Origin: Sphyrna mokarran
Taxonomy: Eukaryota
Direction: 5' to 3'
Assembly (NCBI GenBank): GCA_024679065.1
Contig: JAGIQG010000010.1
Location: 56,358,001 to 56,422,000 of the forward strand
Length of the DNA: 64,000 bases
Position 1 is the first letter of the stretch. Each line of letters begins with the position of its first letter. The notes beneath the pieces were generated by a model, which saw only the letters and a list, made by a program, of their open reading frames with translations, did not search any database and was not told the DNA's origin. The translations under genes and the position numbers were made by a program. Of this stretch, positions 37,370 to 51,427 are shown piece after piece.

Positions 37370-37690
37370 AATCATTGAATCCCTACAGTGCAGAAGGAGG
37401 CCATTCAGCCCATCTAGCCTTCATGGACAACAATCCGACCCAGACCCTATCCCTTAGCCCGAGGTATTAACCCTGCTAAAATCCCCCTAACCTACACACC
37501 TTGGGATCCGATGGGCAATTTAGCATAGCCAATCAATCTAACTTGCACACCTTTGGCTGTGGGAAGAAACTGGACCACAGGAGGAAAACCACACAGACGT
37601 GGGGAGAACATGCAAACTATACACAAGCAGTCAACCGAGGCTGGAATTGAACCCCTGGTGCTGTGAGGCAGTATGTGCCACCGTGCCATC
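37370..37690 (-). mobile_element. HE1-type SINE, full length
   Basis: Tail, body and tRNA head (ggaattgaaccc; tgtgccaccgtgcc). Confidence 0.88.
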
Positions 37691-37870
37691 CACAGCAAGG
37701 ATTGTTCCTACGTAATGGTGAGATTGTGCAGCAAGTTAGAATGAATCTTGACACATGGTCTACCAAGTACTTTAACATTCCAGCAGTGCAGTTCAGGCTG
37801 CAAAAATGTTGTTTCAACACACCAATGCCTTATTGTGTTTCAAATAGCTGCATTGCTTACACTGTTATAT

Positions 37871-37874
<4 letters not shown>

Positions 37875-37950
<76 letters not shown>
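37875..37950 (+). repeat. (TG)38 microsatellite
   Basis: Perfect dinucleotide run. Confidence 0.99.
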
Positions 37951-37952
<2 letters not shown>

Positions 37953-38009
37953 ATTTGCAGATTGGAATCATTGGCCATGTGTTCATTGGAAAGCTTTCAT
38001 TGCTTAGTA

Positions 38010-39424
38010 CCATAGAAAGAACCATAGAAAATTACAGTTCAGAAACAGGCCTGTTGGCCCTTCTTGTCTGTGCCAAACCATTTTTTGCCTAGTCTTACTG
38101 ACTTGCACTTGGACCATATTCCTTCACGCCCCTCTCATCCAAGTTTTTCTTAAATGTTAAAAATGATCCCACATTTACCATTTTATCCAGCAGCTCATTC
38201 CACACTCCCACCATTCTCTGTGTGAAGAAGCCCCCTCTACTTTTCCCTTTAAACTTTTCTTCTTTCACCCTTGACCCATACCCTCTAATTTTTTTCTCCC
38301 CTAGCCTCAGTTGAAAAAGCCTGCCCGCATTCACTCTATCTATACCCATCAAAATCTTATACACCTTTATCAAATCTCCTCTCATTCCTCAACACTCCAG
38401 GGAATAAAGTCCTAATCTATTCAATCTCTCTCTGTAATTCAGCTTCTCAAGTCCCGGCAACATCCTCGTGAACCTTCTCTGCATTCTTTCAACCTTATTT
38501 ACATGCTTTCTGTAACTAGATGATCAAAACTGTACACAATACTCTAAATTCAGCCTCACCAATGCCTTATATAACTTTACCATAACATGCTATCTTTTAT
38601 ACTCGATACTCTGATTTATAAAGGCCAATGTACCAAAAGCACTCTTTACGACCCTATCCACCTATGATGTCACTTTTAGGGAATTCTGTACCTGTATTCC
38701 CAGATTCCTCTGTTCAACTGCACTCTTCAGTCCTAGCATTTACCCTGTATGTTCTACTTTGGTTTGTCCTTCCAAAGTGCAATCCCTCACACTTATCTGT
38801 GTTAAATTCCATTTGCCATTTTTCAGCCCATTCTTCTAGTTGGTCCAAATCCGTCTGCAAGCTTTGAAAACATTCCTCATTGTCCACTACACCTCCAATC
38901 TTTGTATCATCAGCAAATTTGCTGATCCAATTTACCACATTATCATCCAGATCATTGATATAGATGACAAACAACAATGGACCCAACACCAATTCCTGCG
39001 GCACATCAGTAGTCACAGGCCTCCACTCAGAGAAGCAATCCTCCACAACCACTCTCTGACTTCTTCCATTGAGCCAGTATCTAATCCAATTTATAACCTC
39101 CCCATGTATACCTAGTGACTGAACCTTCCCAACTAACCTCCCATGAGAGGCCTTGTCAAAGGCCTTGCTAAAATCCAGGTAGACAAATCCACCACCTTCT
39201 CTTTATCCACTTTCCTGGTAACCTCCTCGAAAAACTCTAATAGATTGGTCAAACATGACCTACCATGCACAAAGCCAGGTTGACTCTCCCTAATAAGTCC
39301 CTGTCTATCCAAATATTTGTAGATCCTATCCTTTATCACACCTTCCAATAACTTGCCCACCATCGCCGTCAAACTTACTGGCCTATAATTTCCCGGATTT
39401 TTTTGGAACCTTTTTTAAACAACA
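38010..39424 (-). mobile_element. CR1 LINE 3' portion (RT)
   Basis: ORFs 39133-39372, 38714-39052 (ISKFADDTKIGG..WQMEFN) and 38095-38385; catagaa tail. Confidence 0.95.
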
Positions 39425-40137
39425 GAAAAAGTAGCTATGCTTTGCTTTGCCATAGCTCTTACTTACAGCTGGCATAACAGACAGCCAGAGATGAAATAGC
39501 CATGACTGCTGCTGGGTTATCCAACATTGACCTGCATGATTCCATGTGTTTGATCACAAGACAGAGAGATATTAAAGGTTATGGGACATGGTTGATCGGT
39601 GAAACCAGCAAAGCAGTACCCCTGCAATCATTGCAATTCTCTGCCATGGAAAAACCTGCAATCCTGGCAAAAAAAAAGTGTTCTTACTCTCTGCCTGCCT
39701 GTCTCAGGCAGGAGAGAATAAAATGTAATTGAATAGAGAACATTGGTGACTTCTCTTAAGTAACAGTGGATGGCAAAATGGGAGTGCTGCAAATACCTCC
39801 AGGTACAGCCTAGAACTGTAATATATATACAAATTCATAGCCATGATCACCTTCACAGTCACTGACAATAACTTCCTTGCCTTGTTCTGAGGTGGCAGAT
39901 TTCACTGCAAACATCTTTACCAAAGCACTGACATTACACACATTCTTCTTCATTGAGTTTAATTAAAATAATTAGTCTCTAAGTACTCTAACTGACATAC
40001 TGAAGTACTAAGAGGCTTTTTCTCTCTCTTCCTGTAGCTTGTCCTGTTTTGCATACCTTCTATTCAGTCTTCAAATCATAATGTATTTGAAGCAAAATAC
40101 CTATTTGTGCATCCATGTCTGCAAGCAACTGAAAAAT

Positions 40138-40235
40138 CATAGAATCCTGACAATGCAGGAGGAGGCCATTCATCCCATTAAGCCTGAGTTGACAATAATC
40201 CCATCCAGGCCCCATCCTCATAACCCCACCCTTCC
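40138..40235 (-). mobile_element. HE1 SINE 3' fragment
   Basis: catagaatcctgacaatgcaggaggaggccatt. Confidence 0.7.
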
Positions 40236-42720
40236 CCTGGATGGGAGGCTGGTTTGCACGATCGATTGATAGACCGGGTGCTCACCATTGTGCGTCATGA
40301 AATCAGCAAAACTTCCTTTAGCACTGGCTACATGATACTTTTAAACAACTATAGAGTGCAAAACAACAGCCAAAACTAATCAACCACCGACTTGTGACCA
40401 CTTTAAATGGTACTGGTGGGGGAGGTCATTCTGTCTGCTGACCATGTGTTCAGCTTTGTGAAGTTAAAATAAGACATTAGCTGACACACTGAGCTCAAAA
40501 CTGGTAGTGCTGGGACCAAATCAGCATCAAATCAAAATGATATGCTCACTCACATTAGTTTTTATGTTTTTTGTACCTTCACCAGCAATTCACTGCATCT
40601 GGGCTATCTCCCCAAAATGACATCCAGTACAATTTGCTACATCAATGTGCTGAGACTGCCATTTTAGACATCCAACCATATCCATACAATTCTGAATTTC
40701 ACACTGCAAATCTCACAGTTTGATCCTTAATCTTGAACAGCTTAATTTTGGAGGAAAATTATGACCAGACCAGGTGTGACATAAAATATATAAATTCTAT
40801 CCAGAGAGAGCATTGAAAAAAATGGATAATCAAGTGCTGTTTAGGAGGATAAAACTTGAATATTGTTGAAAACAAAAACATGTTGAAACTTCTTGTCTGG
40901 CACTCATTAGGACTGATTTGCATGAATACCAACCCTCAAGTAGAACAACAATTTATATGCATGAAAAGAGCTTGATGATTCGAGGGCAACTGGACTCTGA
41001 TTGGTACAAGTGTTGTCATAGATAATACATCAGACAAAAGTCTGACAAAAATACATCAGACAAAAGCCAAGCTTTACTTCAAATTCAACCAGTCAAGTCA
41101 ACTCTGATTGGTCAAGATCCATGGGGAATGGAACCTAGGGGATGGCTGTCCCCAACTGTAATTTAGTTGAACAATGTAAACGCATGCACATATTCTTTCC
41201 ATTTGTCCACTCCATCCATCTATCTAATCCACTCATCTTTCCTTGTTCCACTCACCTTTCCTCCAATCTCCCGCACATTTATCTCTCGCTTATACCAATC
41301 TCTTTTTTATCTCTCTTTCCCTTTTCCAGTTTCTCTTGCCTCTCACCATACTGTCTCCATCTCTTCAGAGTTCAAACCACCTCAACCCTTCCACTCTTTC
41401 AAACGTCAGCAGTTTAATTGATGCAGAAAGGGTGGGGGGTTGGTATTTTGATGCATTTTAGTATTTGAATCACATCCAATGCCATATGGTTTCTTTCTTA
41501 CTATTCCAGAAATGATCTGACATTAGCAGTATCTCTGCCTTGGGGAAAATTATTTTCTTTAGCTTAGGAATAGAACTGGAGTGAGATGAACATGCAAAGT
41601 GGTTCGATACCGAATAATTACATTTCATGGGAAAGCTAGTGCTGTTTCAATCCTCACTCAATTTCAACTTGTTTTCTCTATTTTTCTGCATTTTCTGCCA
41701 GTGAGTGTTGGCCATACATGACACAAGGGTTGGAGCTTGGGGCAGAGCTGAAAGTATTATGGAGAAGTTAGCTATTTTTGGAAAGGCTACACTCCTTTCC
41801 AAAGGAGAATTAAGTGAGAATCACAATTGGATCTTTCCTTTGATCCAATGTGTTTTCAGTTGTGTAAAGTTCAGAAAGGGCATTGATTGAAGTGTTCAGC
41901 TTGAAAACAGAATCACTAGTGTCAAATTTGCATTACATTCTCCAATAATGCAGACTGATGCCCTCACCAAAATGGCAGCCAGAATGACTGACAAAACTAG
42001 ATGCTACAGAGTTGAATGTAGTGACTCAAGCCTCTGAAATCAGAAACATTCTGATCTATGAGGACATGGTCAAATGACCAGGAATGAATTGAAAGGCATC
42101 AGCTAAAGAGATCAATTCTACTTAGATTGTTAAGAGATTTCAAACATTATACTCAGTATAATTGATTTTAATATTTAGCTTTTTGGTCCAAATTGTGTAA
42201 AGAGAGTTTCCAAATGATCTACCAGACCATTTTTTTACTGCTTTAGTTCCCTTGCTATTCCTCGATTGTTAGTAGTTGCAGCTTTGTCTATAGTGATTAA
42301 TGATGGAGCAGGACGATGCAGTAACTCAATCTCAGGGCTAAAATACTGTCACTTTATCCTTGTGCCTTTGATTTTACCTTTGTGGATGGCAATCTTTGCT
42401 AAAGGTCATTAATGTTCATCTGAGTCGAACGTATTATCTTCAAAATGTTACACACATGCGTTCTTACTGACTCTAATGTCAAAAGCTATTTGAAAGAGGT
42501 TAACAAGATGTGTACTTCACACACATAGTTAGCCTCATGAAACCCTTGTATGCTTAACCAATCAATAGAAGTTTCCAATGCAGGAGACCACACATTTGTT
42601 GTTTCACTTTAAAGATATGTATATTGCAGAAAATTACAGTAATACAAGTATATTAAATTGTGTAAAATTTTAGAACATGATAATTTCAGGTCAAGAGAAA
42701 AGAATAAAATAAACTAATTG

Positions 42721-42747
<27 letters not shown>
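42721..42747 (+). repeat. (AT)n microsatellite
   Basis: Perfect AT run. Confidence 0.95.
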
Positions 42748-42751
<4 letters not shown>

Positions 42752-43139
42752 TATATGGATTATTACCAGTAATTCTTGTTAATTTTAAGTCGTAGTTTGC
42801 TTTTTTTTCAGAGATTTTCATGAACGTTAAAGAGAATTGTAAAGCATCATTTTTATCCTGTGTATTTAATATCTAGGGTGAAATATTACCAAAAAATGGC
42901 AGAATGTTGTTTCTGGTGTGAAAACCAGTGTGTTACTTTGGCTACACTCTAGATCTTACACACTTTGCCAAAAAAAAATCAAGGGAGTGTGATTTATGCC
43001 ATCACACGACAGACAGAGTGCAGGACCTCAACACGCTGGCAATGCAAAGTTAAACTTTGGATGATGAATCCAAAGTCAGCAGAACAATGACTCAGACTGC
43101 TGTCGTTTGTTGGTCTGATATCTGAGTCAGGTCTCTATG

Positions 43140-43600
43140 TTACGTGTGAGCTGTGGCTCTGAAATAAAAAGTTGCAGTATACTGAATCAAGGTTAACACT
43201 CCAGTACAATGCTGAGCGAGCATTGCAATGTTGGATTGTTGGCGCAATATTGAGTGAGCGCTACAATGTCAGATTGCTGCCTCATAGTGCCAGGAATTTG
43301 TGTTTGATTCCCGATTTGGGTCACTGTGCAGAGTCTGCACATTCTCCCTGTGTCTGCATGGGTTTCTTCTGGGGGCTTTGGTTTCTAAAAGGTTAAAAGG
43401 GTTAGGTGCATTAGCCATGCTAAATTCTCCCCCAGTGTACCCAAACAGGTGCCGGAGTATGGCGACTAGAGGATTTTCACTGTAATTTCATTGTAGTATT
43501 AATGTAAGCCTCCTTGTGATACTAACATTGTATTTTGCATAAGATGTTAAACTGAGCTCCTGTAAGCTCTCCTGAGTAAACATAAAAATTCCCATCTCAA
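43140..43600 (+). mobile_element. Deu-domain SINE remnant interrupted by a younger tRNA SINE (43280-43525) with a non-CR1 tail
   Basis: acactccagtacaatgctgagcgagcattgc ... gatgttaaactgagc..aaattcccat flank an HE1-like body ending aatgtaagcctccttgtgatactaa. Confidence 0.6.
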
Positions 43601-44599
43601 AGTGTTTGCAACCACAGAGCTGAAAAGTTAACCAAATTGATATTCAGAAGAGTCTGGTATAATTTCTTCAATTTCCAACTGTTGGGAAGGGTTTAGATGC
43701 GAGAATCAATAAGAGATTTGATCACAATTCTTTCCACCAGGGAAACAGAGGGCAAAACAGATTTTCATGAGGTGATGGGTCAATAGCTACCTATCACCAC
43801 CACCGTGATCCCCTATGCTTGCTAATAGCACCATTTCTATTCTAGTCACAGATGCAGATCTGGCAACACTTACATCTCCAGAAGCCGACCACAATGATTG
43901 AAATGATCAACAGGAAGAAGCCAGTCAAAGGCAATGATATTTTCACATTATCCACATCTTCCAATTATAACTTGGTCATTTGGCAGCTACAAGCCAGCTT
44001 CCAGAGCAGAGTCTGGCAGGAAAGCAAATTGATGAAAGGGCTGTGGAAACTAGCAATACATGTTGCAACTGTACATCAACAGTACCAGTGCCAAGCTGGG
44101 CATTTTACTAGAAGATTGATTAAAAAGGATTAAAATTAACTAATACTGCAGGGATATAGCACATTAAATATGTCTCAGTTACAGAGAGCATGCAAGGCAA
44201 ATCTGCTACTGCATGCCACGCCAAGGCAACACACACTCATTTTATTTTATATATCACAAAGGAATCAAATTTGCTAATAGAATATAGATCTATATTCCTT
44301 CAGTCATATTCATGCCAAAACACATATCCTTATTTCCAAAATATTGATTCCATTGTTGGCACATTAAAAGATCTTTTCACTGATTACTTGATATTACTGA
44401 ACATATTCAACGTCTCTGTCTGGCATCATCTCAAGGGCAATTAGGAAGGGGTAACATATGCTGGGCTTGCCAGCAACGGTCACATCCCATGAACAAATAC
44501 AAAAAAACATTTTCAATTCTGTTCACCACTTACTATTCTAAACATCTTGCCTGTAGCACAGGGATATAACACAGGCCTTTAGCAGCAGATAAATGAGGC

Positions 44600-44960
44600 C
44601 TTCTATACTGAATCCAAGAAAAACAATTTTTTTAAAATGGTGGAGCGTAGGAGCTTTCGAGGGATAAGGGATGTTGGTGTCTAAACCTCAAAACATTAAA
44701 AGGGTGTGTAAGTACAAAAAAACTCAAAAAATCCAACAGAATTTTGGCTTTTGTTTCAAAAGGATTTGAATTAAAAAATGAAATAGTCCATCCGTCATAT
44801 ACAGCCTTGATCATATATCATCTGGAATAAACCAGAATAAATATGTTGAGTTTTAAAGGTTTGGACAGAATCTAACCAGAGATTAAAGGGTTAAGTTATG
44901 CAGACAGGTTGCATAAACTCACCTTCTATTCCCTTGAATTTAGAAAGCTGATTTTGGAGT
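44600..44960 (+). mobile_element. Old CR1 RT C-terminal fragment
   Basis: Degenerate ANRILAFVSKGFELK motif. Confidence 0.55.
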
Positions 44961-45139
44961 GGGTGAGTTTCTTTGGGTCTGTAAGTGTTGGATATGTGGC
45001 ACTCTGGGTGATTTCATTAGGTGAGAAGTAAACTTTACTTTCCTGGTGGTGGCAAATTGAGGGGAGGGAGAGGATGAAAGGTGGGAAGCAAAAGCTTGGG
45101 ATAGAAGATGGAAGTACCCAGTTAACTGGGTGTGGTAGG

Positions 45140-48050
45140 TCATAGAGTCATACAGGACAGAAAAGGCCCTTTGGCTCATCAAATCCGCACGACAATAACT
45201 ACCATTAAATGTGCACTAATCCAATTTTCCTGCACTTGTCCCATATCCTTGAATGTTATGATCTTTCAATTGCTGATCTAAATACTTTTTAAAAAATTAA
45301 TATAAGATTTCCAGCCTCCTCTACCTTCCCAGGCGGTGCATTCCAGATTCTCACCACTTTCTGAGTGAAAATATTTTTCCTCAAATCTCCACTAAATCTC
45401 CTGCCCCTCACTCTAAAGCTATGATTGACCCCCAAACAAGAGGAACAGTTGCTTCCTAATAATCCTGTCCAAATCCTTCATAATCCTATACATCTCAGTT
45501 ATGTCCCACAGTCTTTTTTGCTCTAAAGAAAACAGTTCAAGCCTATCCAGTCTTTCCTTAAATCAAATGCTCCATGCCAGGCAACAATCTGGTGAATCTC
45601 CTCTGTACCCTACACTGCAATCATCTCCTTCCTGTAGTGAGATGACCACAACTGCACAGAGTACTTCAGCAACGTTCTTCACAGCTCCAACTATAATCTC
45701 CTCGCCCTTATATTCCATGCTATGGCTGATCAAAGTGTACCATATGCCTTCTTAATTACTTTATTTACCTGTTCTGCTGCCTTCAAGAACATGTGACCAA
45801 GAACCCCAAGATTCCTCTGTTCCTCTCAGCTTCCTAGTGTCCTACCATTCATTAAAAGTTCTCTTATCTAGTTCCGCAAAATGCATCACCTTACACTTAT
45901 CAGGGTTAACTATCATCTCCCACTGCTCTGCCTTTCTTACCAACCAGTCTATATCTTCTGCTAACCTACAACCACTTTCTTCACTATTAACCACCCTGTC
46001 AATCTGTAAATTTATTTATCATTCCATCCACATTCTCATCTGTATTATTTATGTAAATAACAAACAATAAGGTTCACAGCACTGAACCTTGTGGTACACC
46101 ATTGGACGCCTGTCTCCAGTCACTAAAGCAGTCTCTACCACCACCTATTACTAAGCCAGTTTCGGATTCATCTTTCCATCTGAATTTCATGTGCTTGAGT
46201 TTACACAATCAAAGTCCCATGGGACTTTGTTGAAGGTTTTGCTAACATCTATATAAACTATATGAACTGCACTTTCCTCATTCGCAGACTCAAACACTTC
46301 TTCAAAAAATTCGATCAATTTTTTAGGTATGATCTTCCTCTCGCATTCAAAGCTTTCCTGCTTTGGAAGAACCCATTTCAAGAAATTCACCCCTCTAAAT
46401 CCTTTACGCAATGACTATTTCAATTTATGTTGGGAAAGCTGAAATCCCCTAGTTTAATTGACCTGATTATTATTCTTACATCCTCAGTGAATTGTCCACA
46501 TAGCAGCTTCTTTATTTCCCACTGACCCTTTGGGGGCCTATAACATACTCCCAGTAATGTGGCTGCCCTCCTTTATATCCCTACGTTTGACCCAAAAATC
46601 CTCATTTGAAGACTCTTCCAATATATCATCTCTTCTTGTTGCAGGAATTGACTCCTTAATTAATAGTGCAACACCACCTCCCATTTTACACCCACCTCTG
46701 TCTTACCTGAAGATCCTATATTTTGGAATGTTGAGTTGATAGTCCTGCTCTTCTCTCAACCATTTCTCTGTGATGGCAGCAATGCCACAATACCATGTGT
46801 CAGTCCATGTCCTTAACTCATCATTTTTACCTATTACACTCCTAGTAAAGACTATCCAGCTTTGCCTTCCTCTCTTGACACTCAATACAGCTGAACTCAT
46901 GTTGACTGGCTTCCTTTACCATAGACTGAAGTGTCTCTATTTTATAAATTTTCTGTGTCCCTTCCCCCTGCCAAACTGGTTTAACCTCCTCCCAACAGCA
47001 CTCACAAACCGATTCGCAGGGATGCTGGCCTGAGTGAGGTTCAGGTGCAGACTGTCCCATTTTTACATGTCCCACCTTCCATAGAAATAGTCCCAATAAT
47101 CCAAGAATCTAAAACCCTCCTTCCTGCACCAACTTTTGAGCCACACATTCATCTGCTCTCGTTTCCTAATCCAATACTCCTAAACACAAGGTTCCAGGAG
47201 TTCCAGAGATAACAATTTGAGAGGTTCTGCTTTTTAATCATATTCCTCATTTTGCCATATTGTTGGTATCAACATGTACCATGACCTCCAACTCATCATC
47301 CTCCCCTTTCAGGATACTTTGCAGCCGTTCAGTGCCATTCCTGACTCTGGCATCATGAAGGGAACACACCACTCTGGAGTCACATCTTCAGCTGTAGAAA
47401 TGCCAGTCTGCTCCCTTGACTAATGCATCCCCTATTACTATTGCTCTTCCCTTCTTCTTCCTCCACCCCTTCGTACACTCTCGTGCTTGAAATGTCAGAA
47501 GTTTGGTTCTGATTGCACTCCTCTGAGATACCAGCATCCTTATTAGCTCCCAAAATGGAATACTGATTTGTATGCTGGATCCCTGGGGGAACTCCTGCAC
47601 TACTTACCTATTCTTACTGGACTGTCTGGTAGTCACCCATTCACATCTTTTGTCTATTCCCTTGAATTGTGGTTTAACCACCTTTCTAAATGTGCTTTCC
47701 ATGTAATTCTCAGCCTGATGGGTGCACCACAGCGTCTCCAGCCACTGCTCAAGCTCTGAAACTTGGAGTTCCAGTTCCTGCATATGTGGTTATCTAGGAC
47801 ACTGGCAGAATCCAGGACTACCCATGTGTGACAAGACACACATTCTACTAAGCTGTCCTCACCTGGCATGTCTTAAACATAAAATTTATACCTTAAACTG
47901 GAACAAATCTAAATACAGATAATAAATAATACTTTTCTCAATAAATAATGTGTCTCTTTTAGCTTCAGCTTTTTAAACACAGTTCCTAATATCAGTTTCT
48001 CACCAACAAATTAGCTGATTACTTTCCTGGGGTGTCAGTCTTGAACAATG
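45140..48050 (-). mobile_element. Long decayed CR1 with ORF1 (Zn-finger, SGNH esterase) and deleted ORF2
   Basis: MPGEDSLVECVSCHTW..HICR; GRAIVIGDALVKGAD; RSVIGKNDELRTW..IAAITEKWL (APE); VYIDVSKTFNKVP. Confidence 0.85.
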
Positions 48051-49189
48051 GCTCAACCTTGCAGATCTGGAGCTAACTGCAGCAAAAAATCAAAAGTGAT
48101 GATGGGGTTAAAGTCATTGATATTGACGTGAATGATGGGTTGGAAGGACAGGGTCACTACTGATCACATTGAGATCCTGTAAGGAGAACTTAGAGTGCTG
48201 CTAGCAGAGAAACTGGTCATAGTCACAGAGAGGCATTGGATTCCATCAGTAGGCAGTCAATGTCATGCTGGGTTAGTCAAAGGTCTGGTAAGGCGGAGCA
48301 CTGAGAGAGACTGAACAAAAAGGTTTAATGACAGGATAGTTTAATATCAAAGTGACAGGATAGGTATAAGCATGGAGGGAAAGATGGCATGACCGGTTCA
48401 ATTGTTACAGTATCCAGAGATATGTGAGGAGTTTCAAGGCTCATAGGAGGAAGGTGCAAGATTTTATTGGGAGGGTGACAGGAAAAACATGAAGGTAATA
48501 GGATGAGGATTCTTCCCCTGCTGTGGTGAGAATCTTTATGTTGCCAATCCATCCCATCTTGGTTCATTCACAGGCATCATGTACAACATGTCAAGTGATG
48601 CCTAACGACCTATCTATATGCATCTCCTTCACATATACTGGCCTGTCAGTCGCATGTTGCATCCAAACACACATAAAAACCAAACCTTCACGTACTTTGG
48701 CCTCATGAGCCATGTGGTATCTAGGAGATCATACATTCACCCACCAGGCATCGATGCCTACTTGCGAATATAAATTTTTGATGACCCCACCCTTTGTTAA
48801 GATGTAATACTGACAATTATCCCGATAATAGGTAACAGGTCATTGGCCCATTTCCTGCATCAGATCTAGGTTCCCATATAGTTTCTACACTTGCTTACTT
48901 CCTGTGCACCTATATCCAGGCCTTGACAAGGTGGAAGGGTATTTTGATACCATCTGGAGGAAACAGGACCTGCTGCGATTCACTAATGGCCTCTCGGGGA
49001 TGGGGGGGAGGAGGAAACTGCAAACAGGCATCACTAAACTATGGGCTTTGTCTCCATCTGTTATCAGACATTGGAGTGATGATGGAAAATTCATAATAAT
49101 GATAAGAGTGGTGATCTCTGAAATGGTGAGGATGGGGGAGTTGAGGAAGGTTGGGAGGTGGGTGATTTTAACTAGCATCCCTTTGAGGA

Positions 49190-50230
49190 AGACATTAGTA
49201 ATCCTCAAAAAGAATATGGACAGGTTAAATGAGTGAGCAAAAAATTGGCAGATGGAGTATAATGTGGGAAAATGTGAAATTGTCTACGGTGACAAGAAGA
49301 ATAGAAAAGCAGCATGTTAGGTTTTTTGGCTCATATCAAGTGTAGGATTGATCACAAGATCGGGTGTGATGCTTGTTCATGCCAGCTTGCATTATATATG
49401 TCTCTTTTGTGGGGACCATGAATTGAATTCAATTTAAATTTGAATTATTTTTTGGAGCAAGCAAGGAGTTGGATTAAGGAGTTGTCCTGAACATGCTACA
49501 CATTGGCTTTGTAACTTTGAGAAAGGAATACATTTCTTAAAGAACAATTCGGTGGTACAGAGTGACTAAAGCGTTCTGGCTCATGGATCACAATGTTCTG
49601 GTGCAGCAAGTGATTAGAGGAAGTTAATGGAATGTTGGCATTAATTGCAAGGAAAATCAAGTATAAAAATATGGAAGTTTTGCTGCAGTTGTACAGAGTG
49701 TTGGTTCGACCACACCTGGAGCACTGCTTACAGTTTTTGTCTCCTTACTGAGAAAAGGATATAATTAACAGCAGTTCAGAGAAGGTTCACTTGACTTGAT
49801 TCCTGGGGTATTCCTGATTATTTCATGAAGAGAGATTTGATAGGTTGGGCAATTTTGAAGAATGGGAGATGGCTTTATTGAAATATATATCATTCTGAGG
49901 AGCTTGACAGAGTGGATGCTGGGGGATGTTTCCCCTTGTGGGAGGAGATAAGGGAACACAATTTAAAAATAAGGAGTCTTCATTCAAGATAGAAGTGAGT
50001 AAATGTTTTCTCTCTGAGGGCTGTCAATTTGTGAAATTCTGTTCCACAGCAAGTAGTAGAAGCACAGCTATTTTTTGTTAAGGTTTGGTCAAATAAATCC
50101 TTATTCAACAAGGGAGTCAAAGATTAGAGAGAGCAGACAGGAAAATAGAATCCGGGGTATTACCAAACCAACCATGCTCTTATCAAATGGCAGACCAGGC
50201 TCGAGGGGTCAAATGGCCTGCTCCTTATGC
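49190..50230 (+). mobile_element. CR1 3' portion hosting a U2-derived insertion
   Basis: WQMEYNVGKCE..LVRPHLEH..3'UTR gctcgaggggtcaaatggcct. Confidence 0.85.
49321..49530 (+). mobile_element. U2 snRNA-derived retroposed element (pseudogene or SINEU-like)
   Basis: ttttggctcatatcaagtgtag matches U2 5' TTTTGGCTAAGATCAAGTGTAG; Sm site attttttgg followed by agca; ggagttggattaaggagttgtcc resembles U2 stem III. Confidence 0.75.
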
Positions 50231-50296
50231 AAAGTTTTGTTTATATGTTTGTTTGTAACAGCTTCTGATAACAAGTACATAAATGAATAACATAAT

Positions 50297-51367
50297 GGGC
50301 CTGAATTTTCATAGAGTAGCAATCATTCTGAAATCTGTATCTTAAAATCTTTCTAACCCTTTATCATCCAAACTTCCAACTCAGGACAACCAAGAACGGT
50401 GCAAAACCACATGTTCTCATTAAGGGCTGCTGCTGAGAGCTTTAGAGTTGGATGCAAGAAGATCACACCCCTTTGTTTACAGCACTGGTTGCCATAAATC
50501 AGTTAGATTTAAATGTAGGGTGAAGATAGGTTTGTCAGGTAAATGTTCAGAATTTGTTGGGGGTTGGGGTGGGGGTTTGGATACTCATGAGGACAGTGGC
50601 AGTTGGGGAGGAAGAGAGTTGGGCAGTTGGCAGCGAAGAGGGGGAGGTCACGTAATGCCTAGGTTGATAGGCTGGGGTTGGGGTAATTTCCAGAGGGGAT
50701 TATACTTGGAAAATGGGGTTCACTGTTGGAGGGAGTATTTTGGAGGGAGTAATTGGGGAGTGGAGGATGGTTGGGGTGGGATTACCTTGACGGAGGAAGT
50801 CCTGTGGGAAGGGGAAGGATAGTTGGAAAGTCCCATTGGGTGTGGAAAGTCAGAGATTTTGTAGGAGACCAGTTGGCAGGGAGGAGGGGGGAGTGGCAGG
50901 TATCCCTTGGAGGTTAGTAGTCCCATGGGGAAGGGTTAGTCAGAAGGCAGGGGGGTGTCCTGTGAGGGAGTGTATTCAGGAGTTTTGGGGAGTCCCATGG
51001 AGGGTTGGTTGTAAGGGGGTGGGGGAAGTCCCTGGGAATTAAGGGATATGGGGAGGCCTGAGGGTGGTTGGTATGGGTCACTACAATAGAACAACAGAAT
51101 ACCTAGAAGATAGAAGTGATTTTAATTCTTCTAACTTTATCTATGTAACTTATTGATGAAAGAAGTTCAGAACCATTTGCAGTTTGCAACTTAAATCACT
51201 TTTACTGATACTTCCCAGTTCAGGAAAATTGTCCTTTAAAAGTTTGCACTCCTGGGTAATTACAGTGTAAACTTTATCTGGGGACTTCTGGGAAGAAGGG
51301 GTACTCCTTGACACATTTTTGAAGTACCCCTTAGTTACACTGCCCTGAAGCATGGAAGTTATGGCTC
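50297..51367. mobile_element. Harbinger-type MITE with G-rich interior
   Basis: Imperfect TIRs gggcctgaattttcata / catggaagttatggctc. Confidence 0.65.
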
Positions 51368-51427
51368 ATTAAGAACTTTAGTCAATGATGGTCAGGCTGC
51401 ACCACCTCACTGTTTGTGTAAGAGGGC

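Noticed and set aside
37663-38025. CV/HT repeat ORFs
   Set aside because: Translations of the (TG)n microsatellite.
43852-44133. 93-aa ORF after a cag acceptor-like site
   Set aside because: No recognisable protein similarity and no supporting partner exons.
48050-49190. Possible further Harbinger or L2 coding remnants (also 19880-20200 and 60300-61130)
   Set aside because: Motif similarity is too weak to assign by eye.
49321-49530. Functional U2 snRNA gene
   Set aside because: Lacks the 5' terminal nucleotides and any upstream promoter, has disruptive insertions, and is embedded in a CR1.
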